Of a stretch of 32,000 bases of DNA, positions 23,729 to 31,109 are shown one piece after another (positions within the stretch are counted from its first letter, which is position 1; every line of letters begins with the position of its first letter). Source of the stretch: a bacterium (GTDB taxonomy: Bacteria; Auribacterota; Erginobacteria; Erginobacterales; DAOSXE01); the NCBI GenBank assembly GCA_035380285.1, contig DAOSXE010000002.1, positions 1,207 through 33,206 of the forward strand. Direction: 5' to 3'. A model generated the notes under the pieces. The model saw only the letters and a program-made list of their open reading frames with translations, was not told where the DNA came from and made no database searches. The position numbers were made by a program, and so were the translations under genes.

Positions 23729-24934
23729 ATGGCAAAGACGATAGCCGAAATCAACGAGAAAATCCGTTCCGGAACGGCGGTGGTCCGCACCGCCGAGGAG
23801 ATCATCGGGATCGTCGAGGAACGGGGCGCGGACGCCGCCGCCGCCGCCGTGGACGTGGTCACCACCGGCACCTTCGGGGCCATGTGCTCTTCGGGGGTCT
23901 TTCTCAACCTGGGCCATACGCGTCCCAAGATGAAGATCTCCCGGGCCTGGATCAACGACGTCGAGGCCTACAGCGGTATCGCCGCCGTGGACGTCTACCT
24001 GGGCGCGGCCCAGGTGGCCACGAACGATCCCTTGAACATGGTCTTCCCCGGAGAGTTCCGCTACGGGGGAGGGCATGTCATTCAGGATCTGGTGGCGGGT
24101 AAATCCGTGCGCCTGGCCGCCGAGGCCTACGGAACCGACTGCTACCCCCGGAAACACCTGGAAACCTCGATCTCTCTGGCCGAAATCAACGAAGCCACCC
24201 TGTTCAATCCGCGCAACTGTTATCAGAACTACAACGTCGCGGTCAACGCCGGCGCCGGGAGAACCATCTACACCTACCTGGGAGTGCTCAAACCCCACTG
24301 CGGAAACGCCAATTATTCCAGCGCCGGTCAGCTCAGCCCCCTGCTCAACGATCCTTTCCTGCGGACCATCGGGATCGGGACCAGGATTTTCCTGGGAGGC
24401 GGGGTGGGCTATATCGCCTGGCAGGGCACCCAGCACAACCCGGGGGCGCCCCGGGACGAGGGGGGGATTCCCACCGAAGGAGCCGCCACACTCTCCCTGA
24501 TCGGGGACCTGAAGCAGATGAACCCCCGTTGGCTGGTGGGGCTGAGCCTGCTCGGATACGGCGTATCCCTGATGGTCGGCGTCGGCGTTCCCATTCCCCT
24601 TCTCGACGGAGAGGTCGCCCACCGGACGGCGGTGCGGGATCGGGATATCCTGGCCCCGATCGTGGATTATTCCTCCGACTACCCCGAACGCTCCCCCCGG
24701 ATATTGGGCCGAGTCTCCTACGAAGAGCTGCGTTCGGGATCGATCGGAATCGAGGGGAAGCGAGTGCCGACCGTTCCTCTCTCCAGTTACGCCGGCGCCC
24801 GGGAGATAGCCTCCCTGCTCAAATCCTGGATCGAGAAGGGGACATTCTCCCTCACCGAGCCGGCGGCCCGGCTGCCGGGACCGGAATCGGCCGTAACCCT
24901 CAAACCCCTGGAAATCCGGAGGCGGGACATCTGA
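23729..24934 (+). CDS. Homocysteine biosynthesis protein, DUF39/COG1900 family (L-aspartate-semialdehyde sulfurtransferase-like), 401 aa
   Basis: MAKTIAEINEKIRSGTAVVRTAEEIIGIVEERG...VDVVTTGTFGAMCSSGVFLNLGH...YGGGHVIQDLVAGKSVRLAAEAYGTDCYPRK...NPRNCYQNYNVAVN...GNANYSSAGQLSPLLNDPFLRTIGIGTRIFLGGGVGYIAWQGTQHN...IGDLKQM...GYGVSLMVGVGVPIPLL follows the COG1900 pattern closely. Confidence 0.9.
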   Translation: MAKTIAEINEKIRSGTAVVRTAEEIIGIVEERGADAAAAAVDVVTTGTFGAMCSSGVFLNLGHTRPKMKISRAWINDVEAYSGIAAVDVYLGAAQVATNDPLNMVFPGEFRYGGGHVIQDLVAGKSVRLAAEAYGTDCYPRKHLETSISLAEINEATLFNPRNCYQNYNVAVNAGAGRTIYTYLGVLKPHCGNANYSSAGQLSPLLNDPFLRTIGIGTRIFLGGGVGYIAWQGTQHNPGAPRDEGGIPTEGAATLSLIGDLKQMNPRWLVGLSLLGYGVSLMVGVGVPIPLLDGEVAHRTAVRDRDILAPIVDYSSDYPERSPRILGRVSYEELRSGSIGIEGKRVPTVPLSSYAGAREIASLLKSWIEKGTFSLTEPAARLPGPESAVTLKPLEIRRRDI

Positions 24935-24946
24935 GCCCGGAAATTC

Positions 24947-25354
24947 ATGCCCCGGCACAGAATCGTCGTTAAGTTTCCGCCTTTCAAAATCGATCAACCC
25001 ATCATCTACCGCCTGGCCAAGGATTTCAGCCTGATCTTCAACATCCTCCAGGCGCGGGTCAACCCGGAACAGGAATCGATACTGGTACTGGAAATCACGG
25101 GGGAAAACGATCAATGCCAGGCGGGAATGGCCTACCTGGCCAAGGCGGGGCTGGAAGTCCAACCCCTCAGCAGCGACATCAACAAAAACGAAGACAAATG
25201 CACGCACTGCGGGGCTTGTCTCGCCGTCTGCCCGACCGGGGCCCTGGCGGTGGACCCGGAAACGTACAAGGTCGTTTTCGACAACACCCGCTGCATCGCT
25301 TGCGAAGCCTGCGTTCCGGCCTGCCCGGCCCGAGCCATGGAAATCCACTTTTAA
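24947..25354 (+). CDS. NIL-domain plus 2x[4Fe-4S] ferredoxin protein (partner of the DUF39 protein), 135 aa
   Basis: N-terminal NIL-like domain: RIVVKFPPFKIDQPIIYRLAKDFSLIFNILQARVNPEQESILVLEITGENDQCQAGMAYLAKAGLEVQPL. Two ferredoxin motifs follow: CTHCGACLAVCP and CIACEACVPACP. It begins 12 nt after the DUF39 gene. Confidence 0.9.
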   Translation: MPRHRIVVKFPPFKIDQPIIYRLAKDFSLIFNILQARVNPEQESILVLEITGENDQCQAGMAYLAKAGLEVQPLSSDINKNEDKCTHCGACLAVCPTGALAVDPETYKVVFDNTRCIACEACVPACPARAMEIHF

Positions 25355-25388
25355 CGGCGCTGCCCGCGCCCACGACAAGGAGACCTCC

Positions 25389-26765
25389 GTGAACACCGGC
25401 GCCGATTACGTTCCGTCGCACCCGCACCGTTTCCGGGCGGCTCTGTTCGCGGCCGCCTTCTGCGCCCTGGCGGCCGCGGCGTCCGCGGGGAGCCAGACCA
25501 GGTGGATGCGGGAACATCCCGATGTTTCCTGGAATTACCTGCGGTCCTGGGAAGCTCGGCATCAGTGGCTGACTCCCCGCCGCGAGGGGAGACTGCTCTT
25601 CCAAAAAGAGCGGCCGGAAGAAGCCCGCCGGGCCCTGGAGGAAGCCGTGCGCCAGGGTGCGGAGGACGGAGAAACCCTCTACGAACTGGGCTACTGCCGC
25701 CGGGTGCTGGACGGCGTCGGCGAGGGGTCCCTGGAGTGTTTCAGTCGGGCGGCATCCTGGTTCGAAGTCAACGATCCGGCCCATCCCTATTTTTTCAACT
25801 CCCTCTACCTGGCCGGCGACACCTTGTCCGGCCAGGGGAACAACCGGGAAGCCCTGGCCCGGTTCGAAAAGGCGGCGGAGCTCGATCCCGGGAATGGGAC
25901 CGTCCTTTTGAGGATCGCTCTCTGCCGGCGCCGGGCGGGAGATCCGGCCGGGGCGCTTCGGGCGCTGGAGAATATCGCTCCCGAAGACGAAGCGGCCGGC
26001 CCCGCCGCCGTCCTGGGCGCGGTCATGTCGATCGAGACCGGCCGACCGGAACTGGCCGAGCGGTTCCTCTCCCGGGTGCCGGCGGATGCGGAAACCCTTT
26101 ACCTCCGGGGACGTCTGCTCCAGGACCGAGGCGACAGAACCGAGGCCCGGCGATGCTACGAACAGGCGCTGGAAGTCGACAACGGGTACCGTGAAGCCCT
26201 GATCTCTTCGGCCAACCTCGCCTACGCCGAAGGCGACCTCGCGCTGGCCCGCGACCGGTTCCGGAAACTTACGGAGATCGAACCGGAGACCCCCCGCTGG
26301 CATTTCAATCTCGGCGTCGTCTTCTCCGAGATGGGGAAGCCGGAGGAAGCGGCGGAGGAATGGGCCCGAGCCGGAGGATTCGATCCGGAGCAGAGGGAGG
26401 CGTCTCGCGACGCCGGTATCTTCGAAGAGGCGCGCCGTTTGCAGGAGACCGGTCAGGCCGAAGCCGCGGCCGAGCTGTACCGGCGCATCCTGGACGACGA
26501 GCCCTTTTTCATCGCCGCCCGCTATAATCTGGCCATTTCCCTGGCGGCGGAGGGCGACGCCGGGGCGGCCTTGCGCGAATACGAACGCCTGCTGCGCATC
26601 GACGAGGACTATGCGCCCGCCCACCTCAACTTCGCGATTCTGGCCGAAGCCAAGGGCATGAACCGCGACGCCGCCTATCATTTCCGGCGCTATCTCGCCC
26701 TGGAGCCGGAGAGCCCTCAGGCGGAACTGGTCAAGCGGCGCCTGCGGCAGCTTCGGGGATGGTGA
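25389..26765 (+). CDS. Secreted TPR repeat protein, 458 aa
   Basis: The GTG start is preceded by AAGGAG with a 6-nt spacer. Hydrophobic N-terminal segment: AALFAAAFCALAAAASAGS. Multiple TPR units are present (e.g. YLRGRLLQDRGDRTEARRCYEQALEVDNGYREALISSANLAYAEGDLALARDRFRKLTEIEPETPRWHFNLGVVF). Confidence 0.85.
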   Translation: MNTGADYVPSHPHRFRAALFAAAFCALAAAASAGSQTRWMREHPDVSWNYLRSWEARHQWLTPRREGRLLFQKERPEEARRALEEAVRQGAEDGETLYELGYCRRVLDGVGEGSLECFSRAASWFEVNDPAHPYFFNSLYLAGDTLSGQGNNREALARFEKAAELDPGNGTVLLRIALCRRRAGDPAGALRALENIAPEDEAAGPAAVLGAVMSIETGRPELAERFLSRVPADAETLYLRGRLLQDRGDRTEARRCYEQALEVDNGYREALISSANLAYAEGDLALARDRFRKLTEIEPETPRWHFNLGVVFSEMGKPEEAAEEWARAGGFDPEQREASRDAGIFEEARRLQETGQAEAAAELYRRILDDEPFFIAARYNLAISLAAEGDAGAALREYERLLRIDEDYAPAHLNFAILAEAKGMNRDAAYHFRRYLALEPESPQAELVKRRLRQLRGW

Positions 26766-26778
26766 GGTTTCTCCCCCG

Positions 26779-26793
26779 GCCGTTTCGAACGGC
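26779..26793. terminator. Small hairpin between convergent TPR and nuclease genes
   Basis: GCCGTT, loop tcg, AACGGC: a 6-bp stem with a 3-nt loop in the 30-nt gap between stop codons. No U tract. Confidence 0.2.
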
Positions 26794-26795
26794 GG

Positions 26796-28481
26796 TTACT
26801 CGTACTCTTCGGGAACGGGAGCGTCCGCGGCGTATTCGGCGTCGCTCAACTCGCTGTCCCCCATGATATCCGCCCGAAGAGCGCAGGTTTCGAGGTGGTC
26901 GCAGGTTTTGCAGTAGCGGTTTTTCCGGGGGGGGAAGAATTCGCTCTCTTCGCTGGCCCCGGCCGCCTGGTAGCTCTTGATCTTGTCTTTGATCTCGCCG
27001 GCGGTGGCGTCGATCCCGGCCAGAACCTCGGGGAGGTTTTCCCGCCGGCGATGTGTCACTATCTCTTCGTCGTGAGCCAGCATCTGCAGGGCCAACCGGG
27101 AAATCTTCAGCCGGAAAAGCGACTCGCACGCCAGGAAATAAATCGTAAGCTGATCGTCTTCGTCGACCTGCCGCTGGGTCCGGCGGCTGGGCTCGGTCTT
27201 GTAATCGACGATCCCGTACGTGCCGTCCTCGAGAAGATCGATGCGGTCGATAAAGCCGGTCATAACCGCGTTTTCCCCTACCGGGAGTTCGAAATACTCC
27301 TCCACCCTGAAAGCGGGACGGTACTTATCCCCCTCGACGTAACGGGCGAAGTAACGTTTAAGCATCTCCACCCCCTGATCGTGATACCGCCTGGCTTCTT
27401 CGGGATCGGCGTAACCTTCCTGGTACGAAGAAAAAGAGCGCTCCCAGAGTTCCAGAAGCGCGGCCGCGGTGGTCTTGCCCCGGTATTCCGGGTTATAAAA
27501 CCGTTCCAGGGCGTCATGGACCGCGGTCCCGTAGGAGAAGAAGGGGCGCGACCTGGTTCCGCAACCGTCCAGGTACACCTTTTTCCAGGCCCGGGGGCAT
27601 CGCTGGTAGGAACTGAGCTTGGAGTAACTGAGCCGCAGACGTTCGGAAAACCGTTCCGGCGCATCCCCGCTCAGCGTCAGGGGAGTGACCGGCCAGGCCG
27701 GGCAGGCGGCGAGGTATTCGCAGGTGCTGCAGAGCGGGCCTTTCTCCGCCAGCGATTCCGGGTGTTCCAGGGGACTGTGCCGGCGCAGGGCCTTGTCCAG
27801 CAGGGTAGGGGGCCGAGTCATGCGGGCGATGCTGGTGACGGTTTGATCGATCAGGGCGTTGGCCGCCTTCAGATCGTCCGCGGTCGGGGTGACGCTTACC
27901 TTGCGGTTCGCTCTTAAAAAATAAAAACCGACTTTCGAAACGCGCCCATGGAGATGCTTGTCGGCGTTGGCCCCCTGGAAAAGAACCGCCGCTTGAAGAT
28001 CGCGAGCCAGTTCGTCGGGTTCGAGAGTGTTCTTGCCGGTCTTGTAGTTGATGACTTCATACGTGCCGTCTTCGAGAAGATCGACCCGGTCGGCCCGGGA
28101 CGAAACCGAGGCGGCGCGGGTCTGGAAAGACACGGTGACGTCGACATAACGAACCTTGGGAGGAGCGGCGGAGAAGTCCTGGTAGAACCTGCGCAGAATC
28201 TCCTGCGCCTGGGTCTTGAACTGATTTTCCTCGAGTTGGTCCCGATATCCTTCCGAAGCCCAGTTGCGATCGAGCAGTTGCATGAGATCGTCGAGGGAGG
28301 GGAGCTGGGATGTCCCGCGCTTGTGAAAATACTGGAGCGCTCCATGGAGGGATTTATAGAAGCTCAGCGCGGCTCCGGGCTTTTTGTCCCCTTCGACTTG
28401 ATCGATATAGGCCAGCTTGTACTTGAGCGGGCAAGCTATGAACGTCTTGATCCTGCCCAGGGAAAGTTTAACCGTTTCCAT
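26796..28481 (-). CDS. Tandem PD-(D/E)XK nuclease protein: two Cas4/AddB-like domains, each with a four-Cys Fe-S signature, 561 aa
   Basis: Start taken at the ATG at 28481..28479, preceded by AAGGAGGGCGG (the track ORF starts 28 codons earlier).
- Domain 1: IKTFIACPLKY, RADRVDLLEDGTYEVINYKTG, CSTCEYLAAC.
- Domain 2: LSSYQRCPRAW, GFIDRIDLLEDGTYGIVDYKTE, QLTIY, CKTCDHLETC. Confidence 0.85.
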   Translation of the reverse strand: METVKLSLGRIKTFIACPLKYKLAYIDQVEGDKKPGAALSFYKSLHGALQYFHKRGTSQLPSLDDLMQLLDRNWASEGYRDQLEENQFKTQAQEILRRFYQDFSAAPPKVRYVDVTVSFQTRAASVSSRADRVDLLEDGTYEVINYKTGKNTLEPDELARDLQAAVLFQGANADKHLHGRVSKVGFYFLRANRKVSVTPTADDLKAANALIDQTVTSIARMTRPPTLLDKALRRHSPLEHPESLAEKGPLCSTCEYLAACPAWPVTPLTLSGDAPERFSERLRLSYSKLSSYQRCPRAWKKVYLDGCGTRSRPFFSYGTAVHDALERFYNPEYRGKTTAAALLELWERSFSSYQEGYADPEEARRYHDQGVEMLKRYFARYVEGDKYRPAFRVEEYFELPVGENAVMTGFIDRIDLLEDGTYGIVDYKTEPSRRTQRQVDEDDQLTIYFLACESLFRLKISRLALQMLAHDEEIVTHRRRENLPEVLAGIDATAGEIKDKIKSYQAAGASEESEFFPPRKNRYCKTCDHLETCALRADIMGDSELSDAEYAADAPVPEEYE

Positions 28482-28623
28482 ACCGCCCTCCTTGTGCTGT
28501 CGCCGGAACAGTACGAGCGCCCCGGTTCGAGGTTTTACTCTAAACCGTTCGAATTGTGAGCGCAAGAAAAAGCGATCTGGGGGCGGGCGGGAAAAAAACC
28601 GCGTTCGGCCTCCCTTCTTTGCG

Positions 28624-28629
28624 TATAAT
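28624..28629 (+). promoter_or_regulatory. Perfect TATAAT hexamer 8 nt upstream of the annotated trkH-like ATG
   Basis: gcgTATAATaataagccATG. No Shine-Dalgarno sequence lies between the hexamer and the ATG at 28638, and I see no convincing -35. Confidence 0.3.
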
Positions 28630-28637
28630 AATAAGCC

Positions 28638-30044
28638 ATGAAAGCAGGGGGGCCGATAGCGCTGCCGGGGATGGGGCCGAGAGCCAATCCGCCTCGGATG
28701 ATAGTCCTTTCGTTCCTGGGGATAATCCTGGCGGGGACCATCGTACTCATTCTTCCCCTGTCGACGGTTCAGCCGGGGTGCATGAACCCGATCGACGCTC
28801 TGTTTACCGCCGCGTCCGCAACCTGCGTCACCGGTTTGATCGTGGTCGATACCGGGACCTTTTTCTCCCCCTTCGGGAAAGCGGTCATTCTGATCCTTAT
28901 TCAGATCGGCGGATTGGGCCTGATGACCATGTCCACTTTTTTCCTGGTGCTACTGGGGAAACGACTGAGCCTCCGGGAACGCCTGGTCCTGGAGGATACC
29001 ATGGGGAACGTCCGGATCCGGGGCCTGAAGGGGCTGTTGCGGATGGTGGTCATGACCACGCTGCTGCTGGAAACCGCGGGAGCGGCGATTCTGACCTGGC
29101 GTTTTCACCTTTTTCACGGCATGGAGTTGAAGGAAGCCCTCGTCAAAGGGGTATTCCACTCGGTTTCCGGGTTCTGCAACGCCGGCTTTTCCCTGTTTTC
29201 CGACAACCTCATGGCCTTCGGCGAGGACTGGTGGGTCACCGGAACCGTCAGCGGCCTGATCTTCCTCGGCGGGATCGGCTTTCTGGTTCTGTTCAACCTG
29301 ATCAACATCCGTTTCTGGAAGAGGGACCGGACCCGGAGGGGCAGGCTGCGCCTTCATTCCCGTCTGGCACTGCTGATGAGCCTCTACCTCTTCCTGGGGA
29401 TGTTCGTTCCTCTCCTGCTCGGAGAATGGGACAACACCCTGTCGGGGATGCCCGTCAGCGAGAAGTTCAGCCGCACGGTGCTGCAGGCGCTGACGCCTCG
29501 AACCGCAGGGTTCAACACGGTTCCGGTCGACGAACTCAGGCCCTTCAACCTGTGGATAACTCTTTTCATGATGTTCGTCGGAGCTTCTCCCGGGGGAACG
29601 GGCGGGGGGATCAAGACCGTGACGTTCGTCGTTCTGGCCGCCGCCGTTTACGCCCTGGTGGCCCAAAAGAAGGAAGTGGTCATCTTCAGGCGGACCATTC
29701 CCCAGAAAGTGGTGCTGGAATCCCTGGGGATAGCCGTTATCGGGGTCATGGTCATTTTTATCGGGTGCGCCGCCCTGCTGCTGACGGAATTTCCCAACCA
29801 GACGGTGGTCAGCTCCGCGGGGCACGCCACCGACCTGCTCTTCGAGACCGTTTCAGCCTTCGGAACCGTGGGGCTGTCGGTGGGGCTGACTCCGCATCTG
29901 ACGGCATTGGGAAAATTGATCGTCGCTTCCATCATCTTTCTGGGACGGGTCGGGCCCCTGGCGGTCGTGCTCATGATCGGCCGGGTGGCGGCGACGCCGG
30001 GCGGCAAGATCAAATACCCCGAAGAAATGGTGGTCGTCGGATAA
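28638..30044 (+). CDS. trkH: TrkH/KtrB family potassium uptake transporter, 468 aa (start uncertain; in-frame ATGs also at 28671 and 28698)
   Basis: The protein is polytopic. Family-typical segments: RMIVLSFLGIILAGTIVLILPLS, DALFTAASATCVTGL, FHSVSGFCNAGFSLF, LTPRTAGFNTV, GASPGGTGGGIKT, FETVSAFGTVGLSVGLT. Confidence 0.9.
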   Translation: MKAGGPIALPGMGPRANPPRMIVLSFLGIILAGTIVLILPLSTVQPGCMNPIDALFTAASATCVTGLIVVDTGTFFSPFGKAVILILIQIGGLGLMTMSTFFLVLLGKRLSLRERLVLEDTMGNVRIRGLKGLLRMVVMTTLLLETAGAAILTWRFHLFHGMELKEALVKGVFHSVSGFCNAGFSLFSDNLMAFGEDWWVTGTVSGLIFLGGIGFLVLFNLINIRFWKRDRTRRGRLRLHSRLALLMSLYLFLGMFVPLLLGEWDNTLSGMPVSEKFSRTVLQALTPRTAGFNTVPVDELRPFNLWITLFMMFVGASPGGTGGGIKTVTFVVLAAAVYALVAQKKEVVIFRRTIPQKVVLESLGIAVIGVMVIFIGCAALLLTEFPNQTVVSSAGHATDLLFETVSAFGTVGLSVGLTPHLTALGKLIVASIIFLGRVGPLAVVLMIGRVAATPGGKIKYPEEMVVVG

Positions 30045-30096
30045 CCTGTGCTATGATCCCTGAACCTAAAAAGCGGAAAACGAGGGAGTTTCGGAC

Positions 30097-30783
30097 ATGA
30101 GGCAATTCGTGGTCATCGGCGCCGGGAGGTTCGGACGGTCGGTGGCGACCACCCTGGCCGAAAACGGGTGTCAGGTTCTCTTGCTGGATTCCGACGAGAA
30201 CCGGGTCCAACAGATGGCGGAAACGGTCACCCAGGCGATTCAACTGGATGTAACCGATGAAAAAGCCTTGCAGAGCCTCGATTTGGGGGAGATGGACGTG
30301 GGGGTGGTGGCCATCGGCAGCAAACTCGAAGCCAGCATTCTGGCGACCATGAAACTCAAGGAGATGGGGGTAAAAACGGTGGTCTCCAAAGCCGGTAGCA
30401 TGCCCCACAAGAAAATACTGGCCCGGGTCGGGGCCGACATCATCGTCTTTCCGGAACGGGACATGGGCGTGCGCACGGCCAACCGCCTCCTCTCGCCCGA
30501 CATCACCGACTATATAAATATCTCCTCCGGCTACAGCCTGGTCGAGATCAGGGTACCCGAACACCTGGTCGGGCAAACGCTGGCCGAAGCCAATATCCGG
30601 GCGCAATACGGCGTGGATGTGGTGGCGATCAAACGCCAGAAACCTCAAATCGAAAAAGACGGGCAGACCGGGCTCAGCGAAGAGATGGAAATAGCGCCGT
30701 CGGCCTCGGAAGTATTCGCCGAGGGCGACGTACTGGTCGTGATCGGCAAGGTCAAGGATATCGAAACCTTCAGGATGGTTTGA
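30097..30783 (+). CDS. trkA: TrkA/KtrA family potassium uptake regulatory protein (RCK_N + RCK_C), 228 aa
   Basis: RBS GAGGGAG. Rossmann motif: MRQFVVIGAGRFGRSVATTLAENGCQVLLLDSD. RCK_C-like tail: YSLVEIRVPEHLVGQTLAEANIRAQYGVDVVAIKR...GDVLVVIG. Confidence 0.95.
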   Translation: MRQFVVIGAGRFGRSVATTLAENGCQVLLLDSDENRVQQMAETVTQAIQLDVTDEKALQSLDLGEMDVGVVAIGSKLEASILATMKLKEMGVKTVVSKAGSMPHKKILARVGADIIVFPERDMGVRTANRLLSPDITDYINISSGYSLVEIRVPEHLVGQTLAEANIRAQYGVDVVAIKRQKPQIEKDGQTGLSEEMEIAPSASEVFAEGDVLVVIGKVKDIETFRMV

Positions 30784-30785
30784 GC

Positions 30786-31103
30786 ATGGGCGCAGAGGGA
30801 ACCGGAGCCAGGAAGGAACGCAAGCTGCGTAAAGCGTTCGAAGCGAACCCCGCCGGGGCGGAAGCATGTCTGGATCTGGGGAAATACTACTTTCTCAAGG
30901 AAGAGTTCGCCCGCGCCGGAGAGGTATATCGCCAAGGACTGGAGCATAACCCCGACTCCGTCGGCATCCTTCTCAACCTGGCCGTCACCCGGGAAGCACA
31001 GGGACGCTGCGAGGACGCCAAGAAACTCTATCTCAAAGTCCTGGAAGTGGACGCCAACAATCAATCCGCCCAAGAACGGTTGGAGCGCCTGACGTCCTTC
31101 TAG
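30786..31103 (+). CDS. Small TPR protein, 105 aa (alternative TTG start at 30780)
   Basis: ACLDLGKYYFLKEEFARAGEVYRQGLEHNPDSVGILLNLAVTREAQGRCEDAKKLYLKVLEVDANNQSAQERL has TPR-like spacing. The gene is short and I found no other support. Confidence 0.55.
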   Translation: MGAEGTGARKERKLRKAFEANPAGAEACLDLGKYYFLKEEFARAGEVYRQGLEHNPDSVGILLNLAVTREAQGRCEDAKKLYLKVLEVDANNQSAQERLERLTSF

Positions 31104-31109
31104 TCCCGG

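Noticed and set aside
28552-28563. aattgtgagcgc, matching one half of the E. coli lac operator
   Set aside because: It is a single half-site with no symmetric partner nearby, and no LacI-family gene is in the window. A 12-nt match by chance is plausible.
28482-28637. c-di-AMP (ydaO-type) riboswitch upstream of the K+ uptake genes
   Set aside because: The region is short (156 nt) and shared with the divergent nuclease promoter. I could not recognise the pseudo-two-fold ydaO architecture or its conserved motifs.
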